This document shows positions 30,832-40,522 of a stretch of 64,000 bases of DNA, piece by piece. Under the pieces are notes generated by a model. The model worked only from the letters and a program-made list of their open reading frames with translations. It searched no databases and was not told where the DNA came from. This DNA is from Clostridiales bacterium (GTDB lineage: Bacteria > Bacillota > Clostridia > Oscillospirales > Oscillospiraceae). Made by a program: the position numbers and the translations under genes. The DNA is taken from the NCBI GenBank assembly GCA_004553545.1, contig SFLD01000019.1:8630-72629 (forward strand), written 5' to 3'. Each line of letters starts with the position of its first letter. Position 1 is the stretch's first letter.

Positions 30832-31386
30832 TCAGGCGCCGGGGCGGATCAGCCGCTCCAGGGAGCGGTGGCGGAGGTAATCCTCCCGATAGGCCCGGGT
30901 GCAGCGCTTATAGAGGGCGAAGGTCCGCTTGGCGGCCTCCTCGTCGCCGTAGACCTTCCAGGCGCCGACACACTTGGCGCAGCGGGCGTGCTCCCGGATG
31001 AAGCCCTCCACATCCTGGGGCGGATAGCCCAGGAAGAGCCCCACCTCGTGGGGGAAGTCCGTCTCCCGGTTCAGGCGGCGCACCAGCTCCGCCACGCAGC
31101 GGTCCGCGCCCCCGGCGGGGTAGCACCGCTCCGCCAGGAGCTCCGTGGCCAGGGCGTCCTCCAGGTCCCGGCGGAGCCGGGCGGGGCGGTAGAGGTAGAT
31201 GAGCTCCCGGTCCCCCACGGTCTTCACCGGCAGGATCCGGAGGCCTCGCGGCACCAGGCGGGCATTCAGGGAGCGGATGCTCCGCAGCAGCTCCGCCCGG
31301 TCCTCCTTCGGGCAGGAGAAGAGACTGCCGGTCTTCAGCCCCGCCATGGTGGGAGCGCACTGCTCCACCAGCAATTCCTCACACAC
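30832..31386 (-). CDS. DUF3793 family protein
   Basis: CAPTMAGLK, FPHEVGLFLGYP..DVEGFI, G.WKVYGD; GTG start overlaps upstream stop. Confidence 0.9.
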   Translation of the reverse strand: MCEELLVEQCAPTMAGLKTGSLFSCPKEDRAELLRSIRSLNARLVPRGLRILPVKTVGDRELIYLYRPARLRRDLEDALATELLAERCYPAGGADRCVAELVRRLNRETDFPHEVGLFLGYPPQDVEGFIREHARCAKCVGAWKVYGDEEAAKRTFALYKRCTRAYREDYLRHRSLERLIRPGA

Positions 31387-31669
31387 GGGCGGCCTCGGCG
31401 TGGGTCTCCAGGATGCCCCGGAGGGCGGCCATGGAGCTGGTGTGGGAGCGGACGATGTTGATGTTGCGCTTTTTGGCCTGGGTGGAGGCCAGCTCCAGCA
31501 TCTTGTGGGACATGGTGCCGGTGAAAAGCACCAGGAGGTCCGGGCTGCCGATGTTCTGCATGCCCCGCTCCATCTTGGCGTAGACCTTGGCCTTGCAGTC
31601 ATAGGACTTGCAGAGCTCCTCGTACCGGCGCACCATACATTCGTTCCCGCCTAAGATCACAACGCTCAT
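31379..31669 (-). CDS. DUF2325 family protein
   Basis: MSVVILGGNECM, PDLLVLFT..MSHKM, SHTSS. Confidence 0.88.
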   Translation of the reverse strand: MSVVILGGNECMVRRYEELCKSYDCKAKVYAKMERGMQNIGSPDLLVLFTGTMSHKMLELASTQAKKRNINIVRSHTSSMAALRGILETHAEAARV

Positions 31670-31691
31670 ATCGCTGCTCCTTTCTTTTTGG

Positions 31692-31707
31692 GTTAGCATT
31701 TGCTAAC
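31692..31707. promoter_or_regulatory. Perfect GTTAGC-N4-GCTAAC operator upstream of DUF2325
   Basis: ggttagcatttgctaacc. Confidence 0.75.
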
Positions 31708-31849
31708 CTATTGGTTTTCAGAAGCGGAAGACCCTGGGGCCTTCCGCTGGAAGTGGTTTCTGGGATGATGTTATCGTAGCATAACTTTTGAGCGGCGTCC
31801 GCTCCGAAGGGGGAAAGTGGTGCTCCAAAGAGACCGGCATTGGGCGAAA

Positions 31850-32160
31850 CGGAGCGGGGACGGCGGCCCAGGGGGTATCGCGGTCTCGGCGAGCGGGCCG
31901 CCGGGTCGTCGGCCCCTACGAGGGGTAGGGTGAGAGGGGAGACCCTCGCGGGGGATGGAGCGATGGAGGAATCAGCCCTGGGAGGTATCGCAGTCTCGGC
32001 GAACGGGCCGCCGGGTCGTCGGCCCCTACGGGGGGCGGGGTGAGGGGAGACCCTTGCGGGGGGACGGAGCGATGAAGGGACCGGCCTCGGGGGTATCGCG
32101 GTCTTGGCGTAGGAGCCGCCGGGTCGTCGGCCCCTACGGGGGACGGGGTGAGGGGGGGCG
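31850..32160. repeat. Tandem array of three ~110-bp units, each carrying a GTAG-REP
   Basis: gccgccgggtcgtcggcccctacg ends at 31920, 32030 and 32138; ggtatcgcrgtcty also repeats. Confidence 0.88.
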
Positions 32161-32228
32161 ATCGGCCCCGGGGGGGACGAGGCGAAAGGGGATGGAAAAG
32201 GCCCCCGCGGGGGCGGGGGCCTTGGGGG

Positions 32229-33146
32229 TCAGGTTTCCTGGCTCTGGCGGCGGTAGGCGGCGGGGGAGGTGCCCATGACCTCCCGGAAGGCCTTGGCGAA
32301 CTTGGAGCCGTTGCCGTAGCCCAGGGCGCCGGCGATCTCCAGGACGCTGTCCTCCGTCTCCCGGAGGCGCAGGGCGGCGGCCCGCATCTTCTGGGTGCGG
32401 ACGTAGGAGTAGAGCGAGACGCCGTAGACGGCCTTGAAGCTGCTCTTGATGCTGGTGCCGGAGGCGTGGAAGCGCTTGCTGAGCATCTCCAGGGTGACCC
32501 GGCTCTCCATATGCTCGCCGAGGTAGCGGGCCACCTCCTGGGCAAGCTCCATCCGGGGGCGGGAGATGACGTGGCCGGGCTCCTCGTTCTCCTCCACGTC
32601 CAGGGCGCTGAGGAAGAGCAGGAGCTCCAGGACCTTCACCTTGCAGTAGCCCGCCCGGATGCTCTCCGGCAGGTCGTAGAGCTCGGAGAAGATGTGCTCC
32701 ACCGCCGGGTGGGAACGGGCCACATACCCTCTCCCCTGGGCAGTGAACTTCTCCATCAGCTCCCGGGGGCGGACGTTGACCTCCGGCAGGATGGCCGCGA
32801 AGTCCTCCGGCGCCAGGCTCAGGTCCACCGTGACGGTGATGCCCCGGTAGCGGCCCAGGGGAAAGCGGGCCTCCGCGCCCATGTCGCTCTGGCGGGCGAT
32901 GGCCAGGTCCCCGGGGGAGAGGCAGCAGTAGGCGTCGCCCCACTCCCACTCCGCCCCGCCCTCCCGGCAGTGGCGGATCTCAAAGGCCGCGGGCGAGGGG
33001 GTGCCCCCCACCCCGCCCTGGGGCTCCCGGCTGTCCGTCCAGCGGAGCTGGATGCCGGGAAAGACCTGGCAGAGGCCGCTCTCCCCGGTGTGACAGCGGC
33101 AGGCCCCAAGACATCGGGCGCAGCCCGGACGTTCCAATGCTTCCAT
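32229..33146 (-). CDS. AraC-family regulator (PchR/YbtA-like) with Cys-rich N-terminus
   Basis: C-terminal FKAVYG...IAGALGYGNGSKFAKAFREVMG.SP; N-terminal CARCLGACRCH. Confidence 0.9.
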   Translation of the reverse strand: MEALERPGCARCLGACRCHTGESGLCQVFPGIQLRWTDSREPQGGVGGTPSPAAFEIRHCREGGAEWEWGDAYCCLSPGDLAIARQSDMGAEARFPLGRYRGITVTVDLSLAPEDFAAILPEVNVRPRELMEKFTAQGRGYVARSHPAVEHIFSELYDLPESIRAGYCKVKVLELLLFLSALDVEENEEPGHVISRPRMELAQEVARYLGEHMESRVTLEMLSKRFHASGTSIKSSFKAVYGVSLYSYVRTQKMRAAALRLRETEDSVLEIAGALGYGNGSKFAKAFREVMGTSPAAYRRQSQET

Positions 33147-33165
33147 GCTGGCGCCTCCTTTCGCG

Positions 33166-33552
33166 TTATGAGGCGCTCTCCGTGCCGCTGCGGCGGCAGA
33201 GGGCCTCCAGCTCCTCCTCCGGGATCTGGGAGAGGAGGGAGCAGACGGCGGTCTGCTCCTCCCGCATCTGCGGGAAGCCCTGGCGGAGGAGCCGGGCCAC
33301 CGCCTCGTAGTAGCGGCGGCAGAGGCGGGCGGTCTCCGCCCCCTGGGGGGTGAAGAAGGCGGCGCCGTAGGCGTCCTTCCGGACCAGGCCGAAGTCCATG
33401 AAGGTCTTCATCATGTTGTGGACACTGGGCTTGGAGAGGCCCAGGGCCGCGGCGATGTCGCTGCTGCGGACCCCCTTACCCTGCCGGTCCAGCTCCTGCA
33501 TGGTCAGGAGGTACCGGATATGGGAGGGGGAGAGATTTCGTAAGTTAGTCAC
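33166..33552 (-). CDS. DtxR/MntR-family metal-dependent regulator (short)
   Basis: YLLTM...GVRSSDIAAALGLSKPSVHNMM winged HTH typical of DtxR. Confidence 0.85.
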   Translation of the reverse strand: MTNLRNLSPSHIRYLLTMQELDRQGKGVRSSDIAAALGLSKPSVHNMMKTFMDFGLVRKDAYGAAFFTPQGAETARLCRRYYEAVARLLRQGFPQMREEQTAVCSLLSQIPEEELEALCRRSGTESAS

Positions 33553-33614
33553 CGCTTACCTCCTGTCTGGAAGGAAGGGCGGCGCGAACGCCTCGCACCG
33601 CCCTTCGGTCCGAA

Positions 33615-33800
33615 TCAATGTTTCGCGCTGTGGGTGCCGTGGCAGGAGCCCGCCATGGCGCAGTGGGCGCAGTTGCAGCCGCAGGAGGTCTTTCCGGCGC
33701 AGTGGTTTTTGTACAGGCTCCGGATGATGGCCGCGACAACGGCGATCAGCACCAGGGTGATGAGGATGGTACCCAGGTTATCCACGATCCAACTGAACAT
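33615..33800 (-). CDS. FeoB-associated Cys-rich membrane protein
   Basis: One TM helix then SCGCNCAHCAMAGSCH; directly downstream of feoB. Confidence 0.9.
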   Translation of the reverse strand: MFSWIVDNLGTILITLVLIAVVAAIIRSLYKNHCAGKTSCGCNCAHCAMAGSCHGTHSAKH

Positions 33801-33879
33801 AGAGAAGGCTCCTTTCTGCCGGGATAGGGTATTCGCGGTCAGTACGCGTTATGGAGAGGAAAAGAGTGTGTGAGGGGAA

Positions 33880-36375
33880 TTACTTGCCCACCTTGACGTT
33901 GGTGGTCAGCTTGGTGGCCTCCTTGTAGGGACGGACCAGCATGTAGATGATGAGGGCCAGGGCGGCGATGGCAGCGATGAGGCCGATGACGCTCAGGTTG
34001 CCGGTGAAGGCGTTGCCGAACTGGTTGATCATCAGGGCCACGAGGTACGCGAAGCCGCACTGATAGCCGATGGCGAACCAGGTCCACTTGGGGCTGTTCA
34101 TCTCGCGCTTGATGGCGCCGATGGCGGCGAAGCAGGGAGCGCACAGCAGGTTGAAGACCAGGAAGGAGTACGCGGTGATGCCGGTGAAGGCCGCGGCCAG
34201 AGCCTGGTAGACGGTGCCGTCGCCGCCGCCGTAGAGGATGCCCAGGGTGCCGACGATGTTCTCCTTGGCGACAAGGCCGGTGATGGAGGCCACGGTAGCC
34301 TGCCAGTTGCCCCAGCCCAGGGGGATGAAGATCCAGGCGATGGCATTGCCGATCTTAGCGAGGATGGAGTTGCTGATCTGGTCCTCGGTGAGCATCTGGA
34401 AGGTGCCGTCCACCCAGCCGAAGTAGGTGGTGAACCAGACGAAGATGGTGGAGAGCAGGATGATGGTACCGGCCTTCTTGATGAAGGACCAGCCGCGCTC
34501 CCACATGCTGCGCAGGACGTTGCCCAGGGTGGGCCAGTGGTAGGCGGGCAGCTCCATGACGAAGGGAGCGGGGTCGCCGGCGAACATCTTGGTCTTCTTC
34601 AGCATGATGCCGGAGATGATGATGGCGGCCATGCCGATGAAGTAAGCGGAGGTGGAGACCCAGGCGCTGCCGCCGAAGAGGGCGCCGGCGATCATGGCGA
34701 TGAAGGGGACCTTGGCGCCGCAGGGGATGAAGGTGGTGGTCATGATGGTCATGCGGCGGTCACGCTCGTTCTCAATGGTACGGGAGGCCATGATGCCGGG
34801 GATGCCGCAGCCGGTGCCGATGAGCATGGGGATGAAGGACTTGCCGGAGAGGCCGAACTTACGGAAGATACGGTCCAGAACGAAGGCGATACGGGCCATG
34901 TAGCCGCAGGCTTCCAGGAAGGCCAGCAGCAGGAAGAGGACCAGCATCTGGGGCACGAAGCCCAGGACCGCGCCAACACCGGCCACGATGCCGTCCAGGA
35001 TCAGGCCGCTGAGCCAGTCCGCCGCGCCGGCGGCCTCCAGGCCGTTGCCGATGAGCACGGGCACGCCGGGGACCCACACGCCGTAGTCGGCGGGATCGGG
35101 CTCGTCGAAGCCGTTCTCCTCCAGGTAGCTGACGGCGTCCACATAGGTCATGGGAACGGTGGACTCCTCGTCGGCGTCCTCGGGGATGGCGTCATAGTAG
35201 ACGGTCATGTCGTTGATGGCCAGGGTCTCCTCGTCCTCCACCTCGATGGTGGCGGAGTCGGAAGCGGGCTGGACGGCCTTCATGTCCGCGAGAGCGGCGT
35301 CGGCGTCGAAGTTCTCGTCCTCGAGGTCCAGCTCATAGTAGCCGCTGACGGCCTCGGTGGCGGCGGTGTAGTTGTCAGCCACCTCGGTATACTCGGCGGT
35401 GCCGATGCCGAAGAGGTGCCAGCCATCGCCGAAGAGGCCGTCGTTGGCCCAGTCGGTGGCGGCGGAGCCCACGGTGACCATGGAGATGTAGTAGACCAGG
35501 AACATCACGACGGCGAAGATGGGCAGGCCCAGCCAGCGGTTGGTGACGACCTTATCGATCTTATCGGAGGCGGTGAGGCTGCCCTGGCTCTTCTTCTTGT
35601 AGCAGGACTTGATGATCTCACCGATGTAGATGTAGCGCTCGTTGGTGATGATGGACTCGGCGTCGTCATCCAGCTCGCTCTCGGCGGCCTTGATGTCGTT
35701 CTCGATGTGGGCGGCCACGTCGGCGGGGATGCTGAGGCTGGAGAGGACCTTGTCGTCCCGCTCGAAGATCTTGATGGCGTACCAGCGCTGCTGCTCCTCG
35801 GGCATGTTGTGGACGGCAGCCTCCTCGATGTGGGCGATGGCGTGCTCCACGGGGCCGGAGAAGGTGTGCATGGGGACGGTCTTGGTGTCCTTGGCGGCCT
35901 TGATGGCGGCCTCGGCGGCCTCCATGACGCCGGTGCCCTTCAGGGCGGAGATCTCAACGATCTGGCAGCCCAGCTTGGCGGCGAGAGCCTTGGTGTCGAT
36001 CTTATCGCCGTTCTTCTTGACGATATCCATCATGTTGATGGCGATGACCACGGGGATGCCCAGCTCGGTGAGCTGGGTGGTGAGGTAGAGGTTGCGCTCC
36101 AGGTTGGTGCCGTCGATGATGTTCAGGATCACGTCGGGACGCTCGCCGATGAGGTAGTTCCGGGCCACGACCTCTTCCAGGGTGTAGGGGGACAGGGAGT
36201 AGATGCCGGGCAGGTCGGTGACGATGACGCCATCGTGCTTCTTGAGCTTGCCCTCCTTCTTCTCCACGGTGACGCCGGGCCAGTTGCCCACGAACTGGTT
36301 GGAGCCGGTGAGGGCGTTGAACAGGGTGGTCTTGCCGCAGTTGGGGTTGCCCGCCAGGGCAATTCTGATATCCAT
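33880..36375 (-). CDS. feoB: Ferrous iron transporter B
   Basis: GNPNCGKT, NWPGVT, DLPG, NMMD; gate motifs GYMAR, GCG.P, PC.AA. Confidence 0.97.
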   Translation of the reverse strand: MDIRIALAGNPNCGKTTLFNALTGSNQFVGNWPGVTVEKKEGKLKKHDGVIVTDLPGIYSLSPYTLEEVVARNYLIGERPDVILNIIDGTNLERNLYLTTQLTELGIPVVIAINMMDIVKKNGDKIDTKALAAKLGCQIVEISALKGTGVMEAAEAAIKAAKDTKTVPMHTFSGPVEHAIAHIEEAAVHNMPEEQQRWYAIKIFERDDKVLSSLSIPADVAAHIENDIKAAESELDDDAESIITNERYIYIGEIIKSCYKKKSQGSLTASDKIDKVVTNRWLGLPIFAVVMFLVYYISMVTVGSAATDWANDGLFGDGWHLFGIGTAEYTEVADNYTAATEAVSGYYELDLEDENFDADAALADMKAVQPASDSATIEVEDEETLAINDMTVYYDAIPEDADEESTVPMTYVDAVSYLEENGFDEPDPADYGVWVPGVPVLIGNGLEAAGAADWLSGLILDGIVAGVGAVLGFVPQMLVLFLLLAFLEACGYMARIAFVLDRIFRKFGLSGKSFIPMLIGTGCGIPGIMASRTIENERDRRMTIMTTTFIPCGAKVPFIAMIAGALFGGSAWVSTSAYFIGMAAIIISGIMLKKTKMFAGDPAPFVMELPAYHWPTLGNVLRSMWERGWSFIKKAGTIILLSTIFVWFTTYFGWVDGTFQMLTEDQISNSILAKIGNAIAWIFIPLGWGNWQATVASITGLVAKENIVGTLGILYGGGDGTVYQALAAAFTGITAYSFLVFNLLCAPCFAAIGAIKREMNSPKWTWFAIGYQCGFAYLVALMINQFGNAFTGNLSVIGLIAAIAALALIIYMLVRPYKEATKLTTNVKVGK

Positions 36376-36479
36376 GACTGAAACCTCTCTTTCCGCAGTT
36401 TGCTCATGCTAACCGCTATTCCTGACAATGGGGCGCTTCGCCCCATTTCTCATACCTTGTCAGTGCCGGGGGACTGAGG

Positions 36480-36701
36480 TCACTGGACCTCGATCATTTC
36501 GGTGTCGGCCTTCCGCAGGCTCAGCTCGTAGCCGCGGACGGTGACTTCCATGGGGTCGCCCAGGGGCGCGACCTTCCGGACGTAGACCTCCACGCCCTTG
36601 GTGATGCCCATGTCCATGATGCGGCGCTTCACGGCGCCCTCGCCGTGCAGCTTCACGACCTTGGCGGTCTCGCCGATGGGGACTTCCTTCAGAGTTTTCA
36701 T
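36480..36701 (-). CDS. feoA: Ferrous iron transport protein A
   Basis: RRIMDMGITKG, APLGDP, RGYELSLRK. Confidence 0.95.
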   Translation of the reverse strand: MKTLKEVPIGETAKVVKLHGEGAVKRRIMDMGITKGVEVYVRKVAPLGDPMEVTVRGYELSLRKADTEMIEVQ

Positions 36702-36752
36702 CGCCAGTCTCCTCCTTGTTAAATATACCGTGATAAACGCGCTTGCGCGCCT

Positions 36753-36971
36753 TTATACCATGATCTTGCGGGCCATCTCCTCGCTGATGGCCACCCGGGC
36801 TTCCTTCACGTTGACGATCACGTTCCCGCCCATGGCGGTGATGACGCTGACGTTCCCGCCCACGACGAAGCCCAGATTCTCCAGGTGCTTCTTCACCTCG
36901 GGGGTCCCGCCGATCTTCTTGATGGTGTTCTCCACACCGACGTCCGCAAGGCTCAGCGGCAGCATATCCAT
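36753..36971 (-). CDS. feoA: Ferrous iron transport protein A (second copy)
   Basis: HLENLGFVVG, VIVNVKEARVAI; start MDMLPL or MLPL. Confidence 0.92.
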   Translation of the reverse strand: MDMLPLSLADVGVENTIKKIGGTPEVKKHLENLGFVVGGNVSVITAMGGNVIVNVKEARVAISEEMARKIMV

Positions 36972-36986
36972 CCCTCGCTTTCCGGG

Positions 36987-37209
36987 ATTAGCGCTTGCTA
37001 ACCCCTGGTGTTTGAAATGGGCCAGCCTTGGCTGGCCGAAAGGGCCCAATGATTAGCTCGCGCTAACCAATGCGTCAGAAAAATGATTAGCTCCCGCTAA
37101 CCAAGCCATATCCTACCCGAAAGAGAGGGATTTGTCAAGAGGATTTTTCCAGAAATCCGTCGCATCCCCGGCTTTCGGCGCTCTGCCCAAAGAGTTCGCC
37201 GTGGCTAAC
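36987..37209 (-). promoter_or_regulatory. feo promoter (TTGACA-17-TAGGAT) with four palindromic operators
   Basis: attagcgcttgctaac 36987, attagctcgcgctaac 37052, attagctcccgctaac 37086, gttcgccgtggctaac 37194. Confidence 0.8.
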
Positions 37210-37292
37210 TTCCAGATTCGTGCAATGTGTGAATGGGGTGGGCGGGAGAGCACACCCCCGTATAGAGATGTGCTCTCCCGCCGGATATCACG

Positions 37293-38180
37293 TCAATCCT
37301 CCCAACTCCAGGTCTCGCCGCCGTCGTGACTGCGGAGGGTCAGGGTACTCTCCCGGACCTCCCCGGTCGCATCCGAGGCACGGACCAGGATAGGCCAGCT
37401 GCCCTCCTGCCCCCGGAAGGTCGGGGACAGCGCCGTGGCCCAGGCCCCCCGCCATACCTCCGGCAGCTCCACCGTCAGGGGTTCCCAGCTCTCGCCGCCG
37501 TCCTGGGTCTGCCAGATGTCCGGCCCGGTGTCCTCAAAGGGACGGTAGCTGAGGAAACCCCGCTCCTCCGAGGCAAAACCCGCCCCGGTGAGGACGGCGC
37601 AGTGCTCCTCATAGGGGTTTCCGATCTCCCGCCAGGTCTCACCGCCGTCCGAGCTGAGGTATATCCGCAGGGCTTGATGGTTCATGCTGACTCCGGAGGT
37701 CAGCACCAGGTAGCCATCCTGTTTGCCGAAGAAGCCCAGATAGCCGCCGTCATAGCGCATCTCTTCCCGCTCCTCCCCTAGGAAATCCCAGCGGTCGCTG
37801 CCCTCCAGGGTGGCGCTCCGCCAGGTCTTTCCGCCATCCTGGCTCAGAAGGACGCGGACCGGCGTCTCCGGCAGGAGCACGGCGATATTGTCCCCGTCGA
37901 GGCTCACCCACTCCCCTGCCGCCAGCTCCTCCCGGAGAACGGCGGGCTCCTTCCAGGGGGCCGCGGCGGAAAGGAGCCCCCAAATGCCGCCGCCCCAGGC
38001 CGCTCCGGCACAGAGAGTCAGCGCCAGGACCACGGCGGCGGCCAGAAGGACCGCACGCCGGGGGAGGTGCTTCCGCCGCTGCCCGGCCATCTCTGCCAGA
38101 CGAAGGACCATCGCCTGCTTTTCCTCCGGGGAAAAGTGAAGGCGTTCCACCGCCTGCCGGTATCCTCGCAGCTGCTCCAT
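37293..38180 (-). CDS. Putative anti-sigma factor with extracellular BNR/Asp-box repeats
   Basis: One TM helix; repeated S.DGG.TW motifs; follows ECF sigma gene. Confidence 0.8.
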   Translation of the reverse strand: MEQLRGYRQAVERLHFSPEEKQAMVLRLAEMAGQRRKHLPRRAVLLAAAVVLALTLCAGAAWGGGIWGLLSAAAPWKEPAVLREELAAGEWVSLDGDNIAVLLPETPVRVLLSQDGGKTWRSATLEGSDRWDFLGEEREEMRYDGGYLGFFGKQDGYLVLTSGVSMNHQALRIYLSSDGGETWREIGNPYEEHCAVLTGAGFASEERGFLSYRPFEDTGPDIWQTQDGGESWEPLTVELPEVWRGAWATALSPTFRGQEGSWPILVRASDATGEVRESTLTLRSHDGGETWSWED

Positions 38181-38182
38181 TC

Positions 38183-38647
38183 CTATCCCTCCTCCAGAAA
38201 TTCCCGCAGTTTGGCCCGGCCTCGGGCCAGGCGGGTATGCACTGTGCCCAGCGGCAGGCCCAGGATCTCCCCGATCTCCGCCGCCTGGTAGCCCTCATAG
38301 TAATAGAGGTGGATCACCGCCCGGTAATGGGGCGGCAGACGGCCCACCGCTTCCCAGACGCCGCTCTCCTCCCGCTCCGGGGCTGGAAGCTCCGTGCAAG
38401 CTTCCAGCGGACAGCCGCGCCGACGCCAGGGGCTTCGCAGCAGGTCCCGGCAGGCGTTGGCGGCCATCTTCAGGATATACGCCTTCTCGTGCTGGGGAGT
38501 TTCAAAGCTCCGGGGCTCCGTCAGAAGCTTCAGGAAGACCGTCTGGCAGACATCCTGGGCATCGCTGGGCTCCCGGAGGTAGCTCCGGCAAAGGCGCAGG
38601 ATCATATCGGCGTAGGTCTCCACCAGATACTCCGCCCTCTCCTCCAT
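38183..38647 (-). CDS. ECF RNA polymerase sigma factor
   Basis: DAQDVCQTVF, region 4 YYYEGY..AEIGEILGLPLGTVHTRLARGR. Confidence 0.93.
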   Translation of the reverse strand: MEERAEYLVETYADMILRLCRSYLREPSDAQDVCQTVFLKLLTEPRSFETPQHEKAYILKMAANACRDLLRSPWRRRGCPLEACTELPAPEREESGVWEAVGRLPPHYRAVIHLYYYEGYQAAEIGEILGLPLGTVHTRLARGRAKLREFLEEG

Positions 38648-38679
38648 GATGATCCCTCCTTCCTTGCGCTTTCACTGGG

Positions 38680-38709
38680 AATACGGTGCCGGGCGGCAAA
38701 AACTTTCAC
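38680..38709 (-). promoter_or_regulatory. Putative ECF-type autoregulatory promoter
   Basis: TGAAAG...CGTAT spacing resembles the SigW/SigM TGAAAC-N16-CGTA pattern. Confidence 0.5.
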
Positions 38710-38763
38710 GCTACGGCATTCTTTTTACAAAAAAGGAAGAGGCTCCGCCTCTTCCTTTTTTCT

Positions 38764-40070
38764 TCAGTTCTTCAGGCTGTGCAGGGGGGCGGGGATGCGG
38801 CCGCCTCTCTGGATGAAGGCCTCGGCGGACTCCCGGTGGACGGGCATCACCGGGGCGGAGCCCAAGAGGCCGCCCATCTCGATGGTGTCCCCCACGGTCT
38901 TGCCGGGGGCGGGCAGAAGGCGGACGGCGGTGGTCTTGCCGTTGACCATGCCGATGGCGGCCTCGTCCGCGATGATGGCGGAAATGGTGGACGCCGGGGT
39001 GTCCCCGGGGACGGCGATCATGTCCAGGCCCACGGAGCAGACGCAGGTCATGGCCTCCAGCTTATCCAGGGTCAGGGTGCCCCGCCGGGCGGCGGCGATC
39101 ATGCCCTCATCCTCGCTGACGGGGATGAAGGCCCCGGAGAGGCCGCCCACGCTGGAGGACGCCATGACGCCGCCCTTCTTCACGGCGTCGTTGAGGAGGG
39201 CCAGGGCGGCGGTGGTGCCGTGGGTGCCGCAGACCTCGAGACCCAGCTCCTCTAGGATGCGGGCCACACTGTCCCCGATGGCGGGGGTGGGGGCCAGGGA
39301 GAGGTCCACGATGCCGAAGGGCACCCCCAGGCGGCGGCTGGCCTCCTGGGCCACCAGCTGACCCATGCGGGTCACCCGGAAGGCGGTCTTCTTGATGGTC
39401 TCCGCCGCGACGTCAAAGGGCTGGCCCCGGACGCTCTTGAGCGCGTGGTAGACGACGCCCGGGCCGGAGACGCCCACATTGATGACCTTCTCGGCCTCCC
39501 CTACCCCGTGGAAGGCGCCGGCCATGAAGGGGTTATCCTCCACGGCGTTGCAGAAGACCACGAGCTTGGCGCAGCCGAAACCGTCCTGGTCCGCGGTGCG
39601 GGCGGCGGTCGCTTTCACGATCTCCCCCATCAGGCGGACGGCGTCCATGTTGATGCCCGCCCGGGTGGAGCCCACGTTGACGGAGGAGCAGACCAGCTCC
39701 GTCTCCGCCAGCGCCTCCGGGATGGAGCGGATGAGCTTCTCGTCCGCCGCCGTCATGCCCTTCTGCACGAGAGCGGAGTAGCCGCCGATGAAGTTGACGC
39801 CGCAGGTCTTGGCGGCCCGGTCCAGGGCCAGGGCGAAGGGGAGATCCGCTTATTGACGATGGGGATGCCGAACTCCCGCTCGATGGCCTCGCCGGTGGCC
39901 ACCAGCTTTTCCGCGCTGCGGGTGATCTTCTCATAGATCTTGGCGCAGGCGGCCTTGGCGTCGGCGTCGCAGCAGGAGAGGAGGGAGATCCCCATGGTGA
40001 CGGTGCGGATGTCCAGGTGCTGCTGGTCGATCATCTCAATGGTGGAGAGGATGTCCTTCTGATTGAGCAT
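38764..40070 (-). pseudogene. PFL-like DUF711/UPF0210 protein, internal deletion with frameshift near 39840
   Basis: MLNQKDIL...PIVNKRIS in one frame, [11 protein letters not shown]...HSLKN in another; conserved VTP segment missing. Confidence 0.85.
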
Positions 40071-40084
40071 AGAATGCCTCCTAG

Positions 40085-40520
40085 GTGAATTCAAAAAAGC
40101 GGCAGTGCCGCTTTTTTGAGGGGGTACCGTGCACTCCGTCCCGGCTTTGCCGGGGCGGAGTGCACGGCAAAAAGCCTCGCAGAGTTTCGCGCCCGCAGGC
40201 GCGAAAAAATCAAAATCGTTTTTCCCGGCGGCGCGCCCCAGGGCGGCTTCTCTTGCCCCTCCGGGGCAATTCACCTTCTGTACGTCGGGAAAAACCCCTC
40301 AGGGCTCCCACCGGAACCCAGCGAAGCGGATCCGGTGGGAAAAGGAGGAGCAACGAAGTGAGTGAGCTTCCGCCCGCAGGGCGAAAGCGAAGGATACGAA
40401 GTTTGCTCCGACGCCGAAGCGGAGTGTCGAATCAGCCGCCTTTGGCGGCTGACCGAGGCACAGAGCGCAGCGAAACCTCTTCGCGGAAGAAGCGGCAAAG
40501 CCGCTTCTTCCGCGAGATAC
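40085..40520. repeat. Composite MITE/REP-like multi-hairpin insert between ACT and DUF711 genes
   Basis: Related terminal hairpins aaaaagcggcagtgccgcttttt and gaagaagcggcaaagccgcttcttc; internal ccaccgga...tccggtgg. Confidence 0.6.
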
Positions 40521-40522
40521 TT

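Noticed and set aside
31850..32160. Possible CRISPR array
   Set aside because: The sequence between the conserved cores is itself repeated rather than unique, the period is about 110 bp, and there are no cas genes; better explained as tandem REP units.
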